Positions 18,154 through 28,051 of a stretch of DNA of 64,000 bases are shown here, piece after piece. How positions within the stretch are numbered: the stretch's first letter is position 1; the number at the start of each line of letters is the position of its first letter. The DNA comes from Planctomycetota bacterium. GTDB taxonomy: Bacteria > Planctomycetota > B15-G4. The stretch is from NCBI GenBank assembly GCA_038212275.1, contig JBBQUR010000003.1:219550-283549 (forward strand), given 5' to 3'. A program made the translations under genes and the position numbers. The notes under the pieces were generated by a model that was not told the origin of the DNA, searched no databases, and was given only the letters and a program-made list of their open reading frames with translations.

Positions 18154-20520
18154 TCAGCGCAGATAGCCGAGCTGGACCATCCATTCGCGCAGCGCGGGGT
18201 CCATGCCTTCGGCGTTGGCGCCCTCGGCCGGGTGCAGTGGCCCGCGCGCGAGCCGCTCGCGGGCCACGGCCAGCAAGCCGTCGGCCTGTGCGGCGTGCGC
18301 GGCGAGTTGCACCAGATTGTTTCGCTCCGCGGGATCGGTCGCCAGGTCGAAGAGCGCGGTGGCCTTGCACGCACCCTGCTCATCCACCGTGGCGATGAGC
18401 TTGAAGGGCCACGCGACGACGGCCACCTCGTGCCGGATGCCGGGTCGTGGAGGCTCGTGGTAGACCACGTCCGCGAAGAGGGGCTGCGGGCGGGCCACGG
18501 CCGTGCCGGTACGAGCCGCGGCTTCCCCGGCACCGTCGGCACCGCCCGCGCGGCACAGAGCGGACAGGTCGCGGCCCGACCATTCCGTGGGCACGGGCAG
18601 GTCGAGCAGGCCGAAGAGCGTCGGCGCGAGGTCCGTCAGCGAGACCGGCGTGTCGACGCGCAGGCCGGCGGCCACCGTGCCCGGCAGGCGCATGATCCAG
18701 GGCACGCGCAATTCCTCTTCGTGCAGGCTCTGCCGGTGCTCCCACTGGCCGTGCTCCGCGAACGCCTCGCCGTGATCCGAGGCGAAGACGAAGAGCGTGC
18801 GTCCGAAGAGGCCGGTCTCCTGCAACGTCGCATCGAGGGCCGCCAGCGCGTGGTCGTTGTGCAGCACCTCGGCGTCGTAGTTCAGCGTGGACTCGTCGAA
18901 GCGCGCGCGGTTGGCCGCCGTGCTCGTCGCGCGCGGCGACGGGTCGCCCATCAGCGCGCGCACGTCGTCGGCGAGCGGCATGTAGGGCGCGTGCGGATCG
19001 AGCGAGTGCGCGAAGACGAAGACCTGCTCGTCGGCGTGTCGCGCCAGGAAGTCGGCGATGGGATCGCGGATGAGGTCGGAGGTGAGCGTGGAGGTCACGT
19101 CCGAAGCGCCGAAGGCCAGCGGCTCGGCGTGGACGTCGAAGCCCTGGTCGAGGCCGGACCACGCGCCGGCGTGGTAGTTGGTGACGAAGGACGCGGTGAG
19201 GTAGCCCTGCGCGGCCAGCGCCTCGGGCAGCGTGGTCAGCGAGGCGGGGATGCGCCGCGTGTGCAGCTGGTTGCCGTGTGCGACCGGGTCGAGCGAGGTG
19301 AGGATCGAGCTCACCGACGGGCGTGTCCAGCTGGCCGTGGCCCAGGCATGCGTGAAGCTGCAGCCCTGCGCCGCGATCCGGAAAAGCTGAGGCGTCGTCG
19401 GGTGGTCGTAGCCGAGCGAGGTCACGTGGTCGGCGCGCAGCGTGTCCTCGACGTAGAGCACGACAGGCGGGCGCGGTTCGTTCGTGCGCTGCAGGCGCAG
19501 CACGCTGCCGACGAGCAGCACGCCGCGCGCGTCGTGCGCGCCCGTTGCCTCGAGCTCGAACTGCAGCGCGCCTCCGGGCAGCTCGATCGCATGCTCGACC
19601 CAGCCCTCGCCCGGCTGCACGTGCAGGCGCTGCTCGGGCAGCAGGCCGTGACGCTCGCGCAGGATCACGTCCGCGGGCTGCTCGGCGCCGACGACGGCGA
19701 GCGCGAAACGCAGCCGGTCGCCGGCGGCGGCAGGCACGTCCAGCGTCGCGACGCCGGGGAGGCGCAGCGCCATGCCCTGACGAGCAACGCCGAGCCGTTC
19801 GAGACGCCCGACGTGCACGCCGCGGTCGGAGAGCCCGTCGTAGTCGGAGACGAGCGCGATCTGCTCGATGTCCACGGCGAGTTCGTCGTCGGCTGCGCCG
19901 CCGCGGAAGCGCAGACGGAACTCCTCGACGCCCTCGGCGGCATCACCGGCCTCGCGAATGCCGCGCAGGCTGGACATCGCGATCTGGTAGTCCACGAAGT
20001 CTCCCGTCGCCTCCAGCGACAGGTCGGTCGTGCTGCGGTCGGGCGAGAAGCTCTCGCCGGTGTTGCGCCAGGACACCGTGAGGCGATTCGCCGTCGTCGT
20101 GCGCACGCGGAACGTGAGCCAGTGGTGCACTTCCGGATCCACGATGCCCGCTCCCGGGCCGACGATCACCAGTTGCCCTTGCCCGCTGAGTGCCAGCACC
20201 GACTTGCCGCGGCGGGTGGCCTGCGTGCCGGCCGTGGGCGCCAGGGGAGTCCAGGCGCCGGGCGCGGCATGCGTCTCCCCGAAGGTCCAGGCCAGCGACA
20301 GCGGTGAGCGCGCCGGGTCCGGCGGCGCGCCTTCCCACAGGAAGTCCCGCTGCGCGACGCGGTAGCGCGGCGCGTCCTCGTGCGCATCGCAGCCCGCCAG
20401 CAGGGCGGCCAGCACGGCCGTCAGCAGCAGCCGGGTTGCCGCCCGGGTGATGTCGCCGGAAAGGGCGGCCGCCGCGGGGCGATTCAGACGGCGCAGGAAG
20501 CAGGCAAGGGGGGCCGACAC
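18154..20520 (-). CDS. Sulfatase-like hydrolase/transferase lipoprotein
   Basis: LLAGC lipobox; DTLRADH, ASWTRPS (non-canonical, no Cys/FGly), DPHAPY, SDHGE, H..SLHEE..RVP. Confidence 0.8.
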   Translation of the reverse strand: MSAPLACFLRRLNRPAAAALSGDITRAATRLLLTAVLAALLAGCDAHEDAPRYRVAQRDFLWEGAPPDPARSPLSLAWTFGETHAAPGAWTPLAPTAGTQATRRGKSVLALSGQGQLVIVGPGAGIVDPEVHHWLTFRVRTTTANRLTVSWRNTGESFSPDRSTTDLSLEATGDFVDYQIAMSSLRGIREAGDAAEGVEEFRLRFRGGAADDELAVDIEQIALVSDYDGLSDRGVHVGRLERLGVARQGMALRLPGVATLDVPAAAGDRLRFALAVVGAEQPADVILRERHGLLPEQRLHVQPGEGWVEHAIELPGGALQFELEATGAHDARGVLLVGSVLRLQRTNEPRPPVVLYVEDTLRADHVTSLGYDHPTTPQLFRIAAQGCSFTHAWATASWTRPSVSSILTSLDPVAHGNQLHTRRIPASLTTLPEALAAQGYLTASFVTNYHAGAWSGLDQGFDVHAEPLAFGASDVTSTLTSDLIRDPIADFLARHADEQVFVFAHSLDPHAPYMPLADDVRALMGDPSPRATSTAANRARFDESTLNYDAEVLHNDHALAALDATLQETGLFGRTLFVFASDHGEAFAEHGQWEHRQSLHEEELRVPWIMRLPGTVAAGLRVDTPVSLTDLAPTLFGLLDLPVPTEWSGRDLSALCRAGGADGAGEAAARTGTAVARPQPLFADVVYHEPPRPGIRHEVAVVAWPFKLIATVDEQGACKATALFDLATDPAERNNLVQLAAHAAQADGLLAVARERLARGPLHPAEGANAEGMDPALREWMVQLGYLR

Positions 20521-20714
20521 GCCGCGGATTGTAGCGCCCGACCGCGCCCGACAGCGCTCGAACGTGCGCGAACGTGCGCGAACGCGTGCGAGCCGGGGCG
20601 CCTTGCATGGCCGCGCACGCGCACTGCCTGCGCGGCTCGCGCACGCGTCGGGGTGTCGCGCGCACTCGTCGAAAGAGGCAGAATGGGGGGCTCAACCCAT
20701 CGGAGCAAGAGACC

Positions 20715-21710
20715 GTGAGCAAGTCGCCCATCCGGGTCGCCGTCACCGGCGCAGCCGGGCAGATCGGATACGCCCTCCTTCCCCGCATCGCGTCCGGACA
20801 GATGTTCGGCCCGGACCAGCCGGTGATCCTGCAGCTCATCGAGATCCCGGCCGAGAAGCCGATGGCGGCGCTCAAGGGCGTGGCGATGGAACTGGACGAC
20901 TGCGCCTTCCCGCTGCTCGCCGGCATGGTGCTCACGTCCGACCTGAAGGAGGGCTTCAAGGACGTGGACTGGGCGCTGCTCGTCGGCAGCAAGCCGCGCG
21001 GCCCGGGCATGGAGCGCAACGACCTCATCAAGGAGAACGGCCCGATCTTCACGGGGCAGGGCAAGGCCATCAACGACCACGCCAAGCGCACGTGTCGCAC
21101 GGCGGTCGTGGGCAATCCCTGCAACACGAACGCACTCATCGCGATGCGCAATGCGAAGGACATGCCGCGGCAGAGCTTCTCCGCGATGACGCGCCTCGAC
21201 GAGAACCGCAGCAAGGCGCAGCTCGCGGCGAAGGCCGGCGTGCACCACACGCAGGTCACCAACGTCGCGATCTGGGGCAACCACAGCGCGACGCAGTATC
21301 CGGACTTCGACAACGCGAAGATCGGCGGCAAGCCGGCCACCTCCGTCATCACGGACACCGCGTGGCTGCAGGGCGACTTCCTCAAGACCGTGCAGCAGCG
21401 CGGCGCCGCGATCATTGCCGCGCGCGGGCTGTCCTCGGCCTTCTCGGCCGCGGCCGCGCTGGTGGACCATGTGCGCGACCTCTCTCGCCCGACGCCCGCC
21501 GGCGACTGGGTCTCCGTCGCGGTGTGCAGCGACGGCAGCTATGGCGTCGAGGAAGGGATCATCAGTTCCTTCCCGGTGCGTGTGGATGCCGCCGGCCAGT
21601 GGTCCATCGTGCAGGGGCTGCCCGTCAGTCCGTTCGCCCGCGGCAAGATCGACGCGACCGTCGCCGAGCTGAAGGCCGAGCGCGAGGTCATCAAGGGACT
21701 CCTCGGCTGA
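20715..21710 (+). CDS. mdh: Malate dehydrogenase (MDH type 2)
   Basis: [53 protein letters not shown]. Confidence 0.96.
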   Translation: MSKSPIRVAVTGAAGQIGYALLPRIASGQMFGPDQPVILQLIEIPAEKPMAALKGVAMELDDCAFPLLAGMVLTSDLKEGFKDVDWALLVGSKPRGPGMERNDLIKENGPIFTGQGKAINDHAKRTCRTAVVGNPCNTNALIAMRNAKDMPRQSFSAMTRLDENRSKAQLAAKAGVHHTQVTNVAIWGNHSATQYPDFDNAKIGGKPATSVITDTAWLQGDFLKTVQQRGAAIIAARGLSSAFSAAAALVDHVRDLSRPTPAGDWVSVAVCSDGSYGVEEGIISSFPVRVDAAGQWSIVQGLPVSPFARGKIDATVAELKAEREVIKGLLG

Positions 21711-24502
21711 TGGCTGTCCTCGATCGCATCGCTCGCCGGGCCATGATCCAGACCGCGGCGATGATCCACATCGCCAATCACCGCGCCGGCGTGCGGCCGA
21801 CGGACCCCAAGGTCGGCGGCCATCCGGCGGCGTGCAGCAGCAGCGCGCACATCCTCACGGCGCTGCACTGCGCCGTGCGCGAGCCGGACGACTTCATCGC
21901 GTGCAAGCCGCACGCCGCGCCGCTCGATCACGTGCTGCACGGCATGATGGGCCTGATGAATCATCCCGACTTCCGCTGGTTCAACCAGGCGGAGATCGAG
22001 GCGGCGCTGCGCACGCTGCGCAAGTTCCCCGAGGCGGGCGAGGCGGTCTTCCAGAGCTACCACGCGCGGACGGACCCGGACACCTTTCACATGATGCCGT
22101 CGGGCAGCGTCGGCATCCCGCCGGTGGTGTCGGTGTACACGGCTCTGGCGTATCGCTACGCGCGCGATCATGCCGTGGAACTGCCCGAGGTGCCGGAGCA
22201 CCTGCACTTCTGGTCGCTCATCGGCGACAGCGAGTTCCGCGAGGGCAGCCTCATGGAGGCGATGCCGGACGTGGCGGAGCGCGAGCTGGGCAACGTGACC
22301 TGGATCGTGGACTACAACCGCCAGAATCTCGACGGCGCGCGCATGCCCAACAAGAAGGGCCTGCACGGCACGGACGCGCACCGCATCGAGGCGATGTCCG
22401 CAGCCAACGGCTGGGAGGTCATCCAGGTGCGCCACGGCAAGCTGCGCCGCGAGATCTTCGCGCGTCCCGGCGGCGAGCTGCTGCGCTCGGTGCTCGAGGA
22501 AGGCTTCTCGGACTACGAGCTGCAGATGCACCTCTTCGCGCGGGACATGGACGACACGCGCCGCGCGCTCATCGGCCACGACAGCCGCCTCGTCGGCCTG
22601 CTCGACGGCATGGACGACGAACTCCTCGAGCGCACGCTCACGGATCTGGGCGGCCACGACACCGAGGCGCTCGTCGACGCGTTGCAGGCAAGCAAGGCGG
22701 ACACCAGCCGTCCGACGCTCATCGTCGCGCACACGGTGAAGGGCTGGGGCATGGACATGTATGCCGCGCCCGGCAATCACAGCGAGCTGCCGCGCGAGGA
22801 AGAACTGGAAGGCCTGCTCGGCACCGAGGGCCTGTCGCTCGCGCGACCTTTCGCGCCGTGGGATCCGTCCAGCGAGGAAGGCAGCTACCTCTCTTCGCGT
22901 GGCGCCGCTTTCCGCTCGGCCATCGACGGCATCCGCATGCGGCGTCGCGCCAACCGCGAGGCGGTGCGCGCCAAGATCAACGCCGCCGGCGGCGTGCCGC
23001 GCAGCCTCGACATCGACACGCGCCTGTTTCCGCGCGCCCACACCCAGTGGATGTGGGGCCAGCTCGCGGCCAAGCTCGTGCGCATCGGCACCAATGGCGA
23101 GCAGCGGCGCCGCGGGCACGACGTGCCTCCCGCGCTCTCCGCCAAGGAGCAGGCATGGGAGGCCTCGGCCGACCTGCTGCTCACCATGTCGCCCGACGTC
23201 GGCACGTCCACGCAGATCAGCTCGGCCATGGACAGCAAGGTCTACGGCCAGCGCAGCGAGAGCGAGGAAGGCGTCGAGGATGTCGAGGAACGTCTCGGCG
23301 TGCACAAGAAGCGCCCCGCGCTGCTGCCGACCACGGAGCCGTGGACGCGGCACATCCGCTTCGAGATCGCGGAAGCCAACTGCATGTCGGCGGTCGGCGC
23401 CTTCGGGATGATGGGCCACCACGCGGGCGTGCCCTTCTTCCCGATCATGACCGTGTACGACTTCTTCATCAAAAGGGCGCTCGACCAGCTCTTCTACAAC
23501 CTCTACTGGGGCGCCGAATTCGTGATCCTCGGCACGCCGTCGGGCGTGACGCTGTCGCCCGAGGGCGCGCAGCACAGCTGGAAGTCGGACATCCAGATTC
23601 CCAACCTCATCACGTGGGAGCCGATCTTCGCGGTCGAAGTCGACTGGATCCTGTGCGAGTCCATCCGCCGCCACTTCGACGACGAGAACGACGGCCGCAA
23701 GGGCATCCTCATCCGCGCCGTGACGCGCGGCGTCGAACAGAAGGATCTGGTGCGACGCCTGCGGCGCCACCCGCGCTTCCGCACCAACCCCGCGGACCTG
23801 CAGAGCGAGCCGCTCGATGACGCGACCATTCTGGAGCAGGCGCGCCGCGACTGCCTCTCGGGCGCCTATCACCTCGTGGATTTCCGCGGACAGCCGGACT
23901 ACGAGCCCGGGGTGAACGTCGTCAACCTCTTCGTCATGGGCTCGGTGGCTACCGAGGCGCTGGCCGCGAGCGATGCGCTGCGCGCCGAAGGCCTCTACGT
24001 CAACGTCATCGCGGTGAGCAGTCCGGAACTGCTGCTCGGCAACCTGGCGGCGGTGAACGACTTCGCGCACCTGCGGCACGGTCTCGGGCTGGACGGCAAC
24101 CTGCACCTGTCGCCGCGCGGCACGGTGGACAGCACGGCGGAACTGGTCACGCTGGCCGGCCGGCGCGTGCCTGTGGTCTCGGTGCACGACGGCGAGGCCG
24201 GGCTGCTCGACAACATCGGCAGCATCCTCGGCGTGCGCCAGGAGACGCTCGCCGTGCGCAAGTTCAGCAAGTCGGGGCGACCCGACCAGGTCTTCGGCTA
24301 CCAGCACCTCGACCAGGCCTCCATCATCGAGTCGGTGGGCAAGGCGCTCTCCGAGACGGCGCTGGAGGAGGTCGTCGTGAGCCGCGAGGCGCTTGCAGCG
24401 CTGCTCCAGCGGCCCGCCGCGCACGCGAACGGTGCGGACGCGTCGGGCAGCAGCGGCGACAACCGCTGGCGCGAACTCTGGGACGCCGGCCGCTCGGCCT
24501 GA
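21710..24502 (+). CDS. AceE-like homodimeric 2-oxoacid (pyruvate) dehydrogenase E1, ThDP enzyme
   Basis: KVGGH, QSYH, GDSE...DYNRQNLD, AHTVKGWG, SPDV, EIAEAN, GTPSGVTLSPEGAQH; TGATG coupling to mdh. Confidence 0.85.
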   Translation: MAVLDRIARRAMIQTAAMIHIANHRAGVRPTDPKVGGHPAACSSSAHILTALHCAVREPDDFIACKPHAAPLDHVLHGMMGLMNHPDFRWFNQAEIEAALRTLRKFPEAGEAVFQSYHARTDPDTFHMMPSGSVGIPPVVSVYTALAYRYARDHAVELPEVPEHLHFWSLIGDSEFREGSLMEAMPDVAERELGNVTWIVDYNRQNLDGARMPNKKGLHGTDAHRIEAMSAANGWEVIQVRHGKLRREIFARPGGELLRSVLEEGFSDYELQMHLFARDMDDTRRALIGHDSRLVGLLDGMDDELLERTLTDLGGHDTEALVDALQASKADTSRPTLIVAHTVKGWGMDMYAAPGNHSELPREEELEGLLGTEGLSLARPFAPWDPSSEEGSYLSSRGAAFRSAIDGIRMRRRANREAVRAKINAAGGVPRSLDIDTRLFPRAHTQWMWGQLAAKLVRIGTNGEQRRRGHDVPPALSAKEQAWEASADLLLTMSPDVGTSTQISSAMDSKVYGQRSESEEGVEDVEERLGVHKKRPALLPTTEPWTRHIRFEIAEANCMSAVGAFGMMGHHAGVPFFPIMTVYDFFIKRALDQLFYNLYWGAEFVILGTPSGVTLSPEGAQHSWKSDIQIPNLITWEPIFAVEVDWILCESIRRHFDDENDGRKGILIRAVTRGVEQKDLVRRLRRHPRFRTNPADLQSEPLDDATILEQARRDCLSGAYHLVDFRGQPDYEPGVNVVNLFVMGSVATEALAASDALRAEGLYVNVIAVSSPELLLGNLAAVNDFAHLRHGLGLDGNLHLSPRGTVDSTAELVTLAGRRVPVVSVHDGEAGLLDNIGSILGVRQETLAVRKFSKSGRPDQVFGYQHLDQASIIESVGKALSETALEEVVVSREALAALLQRPAAHANGADASGSSGDNRWRELWDAGRSA

Positions 24503-24571
24503 AACGCCGGCTGGTCGGCCTGAAACGCCGGCCGGCGGCCTGAAACGCCGGCCGATCGGCCTGAAACGCCG
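24495..24571. repeat. 20-21-bp tandem repeat x4 (core CGGCCTGAAACGCCG) starting on the aceE-like stop codon
   Basis: Units start at 24495, 24516, 24536 and 24557. Confidence 0.9.
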
Positions 24572-24704
24572 TCGCACGCGTCGGCATCTCACCCCCGACG
24601 GCCGGCCTCCGCGGTTGCTGCTCCGTCCGCCATGCGGGCGGCGCGATGTCAGCGAGGCGATCCGACCGGGGCCATGCCTGCCGCTTCTACCCGGAGTTCC
24701 GCTC

Positions 24705-25916
24705 ATGCGATCCTGCCTTGCAGCCCTCACACTTGTCTTCGGTGCGCTGTGCGCCTCGACCGCGCCGTCCGTGCATGCGCAGCAGGTCGCCCACGAGGCC
24801 GGCGGCTCGGCGCTCGCGTCGCAGGCAGCGCCTGCCGACAGCAGCCAGCATCAGCTCGGAAAGGACGGTCTCGCGATCGAGGGTTGGGATCCGGTCGCGT
24901 ACTTCCCCGAGGGCGGCGGCAAGCCGGCCGAGGGAAGCGCCGCGCACGAGGTCGCACTGAACGGCGCACGCTACCGATTCACGAACGCGCAGCACGCGCA
25001 GCTCTTCTCCGCGAATCCCGGGCGCTACGTGCCTGCCTACGGCGGGTGGTGCGCCTACGCGATGGCCCAGGGCGAGAAGGTCGAGGTCGATCCCGAGTCC
25101 TTCACGGTGCAGGACGGGCGCCTCATGCTCTTCTACAAGTCCTTCTTCAACGACACGCGGGCCTCGTGGCTGAAGGACGCCACGCTGCTGCCCAAGGCGG
25201 ACGCCCACTGGAAGACCCTCAGCGGCGAGAGCGCGCGCGGCGACGCAGCCGCAGCCTCGGCCGCCGCCGCGACCGCGACCGCGACCGCGACCGCGACCGC
25301 GACCGCGACCGCGACCGCCGCGACCGTGACTGCCGCGACTGCCGCTGCCGCAACTGCCGCTGCCGCAACTGCCGCCGTAGCAGGCGCCGCGCACGGGCCC
25401 GAGGCCCCGACTGCCGACGCGGGGATGAAGGCGACGATCGGCGTGGGCAGCGGCACGCTCGGTCCGGCCGTCGGACACGACGTGGGACAGCGTGCGCCGG
25501 CCTTCACGCTCAAGGACAAGGCCGGCGCCGAGCACTCGCTCGCGGACTATCGTGGAAAGCTCGTCGTGCTGGACTTCTGGGCGACGTGGTGCGGGCCGTG
25601 CAAGGCCGCGATGCCCGGCGTGCAGAAGCTGCACGAGAGCTTCAAGGACAAGGGCGTCGTCGTCATCGGCGTGGATGGTTTCGAGCGCAGCACGGAGGCG
25701 GACCCGGCGGCGTACATGGCGAGCAAGGGCTTCACCTACCAACTGCTGCTCGGCGGAGAAGCGCTCAAGGACTCCTACGCGCTGGAGGCGCTGCCGACTT
25801 TCATGGTCATCGACGAGGACGGCCTGGTGCTCGCGCGCGAGGTCGGCCAGCCGGACGACGAAACGCAGTTGACCACGCTCGTCTCGAAGCACCTCTCCGG
25901 CCGCCGCGGAGGCTGA
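24705..25916 (+). CDS. Secreted YHS-domain (seleno)protein-like domain + Ala/Thr linker + TlpA-like thiol-disulfide oxidoreductase
   Basis: Signal peptide; GWDPVAYF, YRF, YVPAYGGWCAYAM; (GCGACC)8 linker; APAFTL, DFWATWCGPC, LPTFMVID. Confidence 0.85.
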   Translation: MRSCLAALTLVFGALCASTAPSVHAQQVAHEAGGSALASQAAPADSSQHQLGKDGLAIEGWDPVAYFPEGGGKPAEGSAAHEVALNGARYRFTNAQHAQLFSANPGRYVPAYGGWCAYAMAQGEKVEVDPESFTVQDGRLMLFYKSFFNDTRASWLKDATLLPKADAHWKTLSGESARGDAAAASAAAATATATATATATATATAATVTAATAAAATAAAATAAVAGAAHGPEAPTADAGMKATIGVGSGTLGPAVGHDVGQRAPAFTLKDKAGAEHSLADYRGKLVVLDFWATWCGPCKAAMPGVQKLHESFKDKGVVVIGVDGFERSTEADPAAYMASKGFTYQLLLGGEALKDSYALEALPTFMVIDEDGLVLAREVGQPDDETQLTTLVSKHLSGRRGG

Positions 25917-25969
25917 TTCGCGCCGGTGACCTCGCGCCGGTGATCTCGCGCCGGTGATCTCGCGCCGGT
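25914..25969. repeat. 14-bp tandem repeat x4 (TGAYCTCGCGCCGG) filling a convergent intergenic gap
   Basis: Units at 25914 (13 bp), 25927, 25941 and 25955. Confidence 0.9.
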
Positions 25970-26605
25970 TCAGTGTGGCGCGGTGTCCTGCCCGGCCCAG
26001 TTGGCCAGCAGGCCCGTGTCGCGCACGAGGTTTCCGAGCGAGGCCTCGTCGGCGGCGTAGGCGCCGCGCACGCGGCCGTAGCGGTCCAGGAGCAGCCACT
26101 CCGCGCCGGGGCTGCCGGCGGCGGTGCAGAGGCGCGTGAACTCGTCGCCGTGCGGATCCAGCAGGAAGAGGTTGAGCGGCTTGCGCGCCTTGCGCTCGTC
26201 GAGCAGCAGCGACAGCGCGGAGGGCTCGTCGCCACGGCACAGCAGCACGAAGGCCACGGCCTTGTCGAGGCCGCGCAGATGTTTGCGCAGGCGGAACAGG
26301 CCCGAGAGCGTCTCGCCGCTTGCGGTGGCGTTGGCCAGCGGCAGCGAGGACACCAGCACGAGATGACCGCGCAGGCTTTCCAGCGACACCGTCGCGCCCT
26401 TCTCGTCGGCCAGTTCGCAGATCATCGGCGGGCCGTCCTGGCCGGGGAGAGGCGGCGGCAGCGTCGCGGTGAGCGCCTTCACGAGCGGAAAGCTGAAGAG
26501 CACCGCGATGCCGAGCACCCAGAACCACGGCCGCGACAGGATCTTCGCGGGAGCCGCAGCCGCAGCCGGAGCCGGGGACGGGGACGGGGACGGGGACGCG
26601 TGCAT
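25970..26605 (-). CDS. Degenerate SCO/SenC-like membrane-anchored thioredoxin-fold protein (start uncertain)
   Basis: TM anchor; PPPLP..ELADEKGATVSLESLRGHLVLV; LLLDRYGRVRGAY; no CxxxC; last gene of the cox operon. Confidence 0.6.
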   Translation of the reverse strand: MHASPSPSPSPAPAAAAAPAKILSRPWFWVLGIAVLFSFPLVKALTATLPPPLPGQDGPPMICELADEKGATVSLESLRGHLVLVSSLPLANATASGETLSGLFRLRKHLRGLDKAVAFVLLCRGDEPSALSLLLDERKARKPLNLFLLDPHGDEFTRLCTAAGSPGAEWLLLDRYGRVRGAYAADEASLGNLVRDTGLLANWAGQDTAPH

Positions 26606-26685
26606 GTCCGCGGACTCGGACGCGCCCGCCGGCGGCTCCCCGCGCGCAGACGACGCGCCGGGTGTCGGCGGCACGCCCGGCGACG

Positions 26686-26952
26686 TCAGTTCGACCCCTC
26701 GTTCTCGCTGGCGAGCAGGCGCTTGAGCCACACCCAGACGCCCGAGACGATCACGTACGGCAGGAGCACGAACGCGGCGATGTAGACCAGCGTGTCCGCG
26801 CCCTGCGACAGCGAGCAGTAGGGGCACGCGGCGGCGGCGGGCGCGAGCCCGGAGAGCATGACGGCGGCCGCGGCGGCGATGCGCCCTCCGCGTGCGGCGG
26901 TCGACGGACGCGTGGCGCGCGAACGTCCTGCATGGGCCCGCGGGCTGCTCAC
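26686..26952 (-). CDS. Small membrane protein with CPxC motif (alternative ATG at 26859)
   Basis: AAAACPYC followed by a single TM helix; GTG overlaps the subunit IV stop. Confidence 0.65.
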   Translation of the reverse strand: MSSPRAHAGRSRATRPSTAARGGRIAAAAAVMLSGLAPAAAACPYCSLSQGADTLVYIAAFVLLPYVIVSGVWVWLKRLLASENEGSN

Positions 26953-27326
26953 GAAAGCGTGTTCCGCCACGCCGTCTCGATCATGAGCAGGATCGCGGCG
27001 ACGCCCATGTACGCCGGGACAAGCGCGATCCGCTTGAGCCACGGCGATTCCCACTTGAGGTGCATGAAGTACAGCGCGACGAGCAGGGCCTTGCTGAAGG
27101 CCAGGATCACGAGCAGCAGCATCTTGGTGTGCTGGTTCCACGGCGCGTCGTAGACGGACGGGATCATGACCTCGACCATCGTGAGGAACGCCAGCACCAG
27201 GAAGATGGTGATGAAGGTGCTGTCGGTCGGCCCGTGCGCGGCGGCGCCCAGAGGGGCATGACTGCCGGCGACCGGCTGCTCGTGGCCGTGGCCGTCGTGT
27301 GCGGAGGCGTGCTTGTGCTTGCTCAC
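26949..27326 (-). CDS. Cytochrome c oxidase subunit IV family
   Basis: LAFLTMVEV, KALLVALYFMHLKWE. Confidence 0.9.
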   Translation of the reverse strand: MSKHKHASAHDGHGHEQPVAGSHAPLGAAAHGPTDSTFITIFLVLAFLTMVEVMIPSVYDAPWNQHTKMLLLVILAFSKALLVALYFMHLKWESPWLKRIALVPAYMGVAAILLMIETAWRNTLS

Positions 27327-27336
27327 TGGAGGGGCC

Positions 27337-28029
27337 TCACAGCAGGTAGATGAAGGTGAAGACGAGGATCCACACGAGGTCCACGAAGTGCCAGAAGAGC
27401 CCGACCAGTTCCACCGGGCTGTGCGTGATGCCGCCCTGCGTGTACTTGCCGCGCAGCGTGCCGATCAGGATGCAGAAGAGATAGACCACGCCGGAGAAGA
27501 CGTGCAGGCCGTGGAAGCCCGTGACCACGTAGAAGGTGGAGCCGAAGAGGTTGTTGATCGGCTGGCCTTCCCACGTGGAGGTCGCGAAGCCGATGCCCTC
27601 GCCGACAAGGTGGTGATACTCGTAGGCCTGGATGCTCAGGAAGCCGAGGCCACCGAGGATCGTGAACGCCAGCCACTTCACGGTGGCGGCCTTGTTCGCC
27701 GCCTGCGAGGCCGCCACGGCCTTCACCATCGTGAGCGACGAGCAGATGAGCAGGAAGGTGGCGAAGGCCGTGAGGTTGATACCCAGGATGTCCGTGGGCC
27801 GCATGCCCGTGCGGGGCCAGTCGCCGTGCGCGAAGATGCGCAGGATGCCGTAGGCCAGCAGCAGCCCGCCGAAGGAGAAGCCGTCCTGCGCGATGAACAA
27901 CCACATCGCGACCTTGCCGCCCGTGGCCTTGCCGACGTGCGGATCCTCGGCGATGTCGTCGTGGCCATGAGCATCGGCAGCGCCGTGCGCGCCGTGCCCA
28001 CCGTGTGACACTGATGCCGTGCTGGACAT
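27337..28029 (-). CDS. Heme-copper oxidase subunit III (copy 2, CoxP-like)
   Basis: KVAMWLFI, TFLLICSS, TGFHGLHV, GLFWHFVDLVWI. Confidence 0.92.
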   Translation of the reverse strand: MSSTASVSHGGHGAHGAADAHGHDDIAEDPHVGKATGGKVAMWLFIAQDGFSFGGLLLAYGILRIFAHGDWPRTGMRPTDILGINLTAFATFLLICSSLTMVKAVAASQAANKAATVKWLAFTILGGLGFLSIQAYEYHHLVGEGIGFATSTWEGQPINNLFGSTFYVVTGFHGLHVFSGVVYLFCILIGTLRGKYTQGGITHSPVELVGLFWHFVDLVWILVFTFIYLL

Positions 28030-28051
28030 GCGGGATGGAATCCTGGGAGTT

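Noticed and set aside
20559..20586. 10-bp repeats in divergent promoter gaps (also 3281-3300)
   Set aside because: Only 2-3 short copies; cannot be distinguished from slippage noise
20447..21709. Long N-terminal extensions in the ORF track (1351-aa E1, 1748-aa lipoprotein, 743-aa methyltransferase, 414-aa IspD)
   Set aside because: The extensions overlap real neighbouring genes; true starts are at the coupled or motif-proximal codons given in the features
24495..24571. Possible mini-CRISPR (repeated CGGCCTGAAACGCCG)
   Set aside because: Variable parts are only 5-6 nt, period is 20-21 bp, and no cas genes are present; it is a tandem repeat
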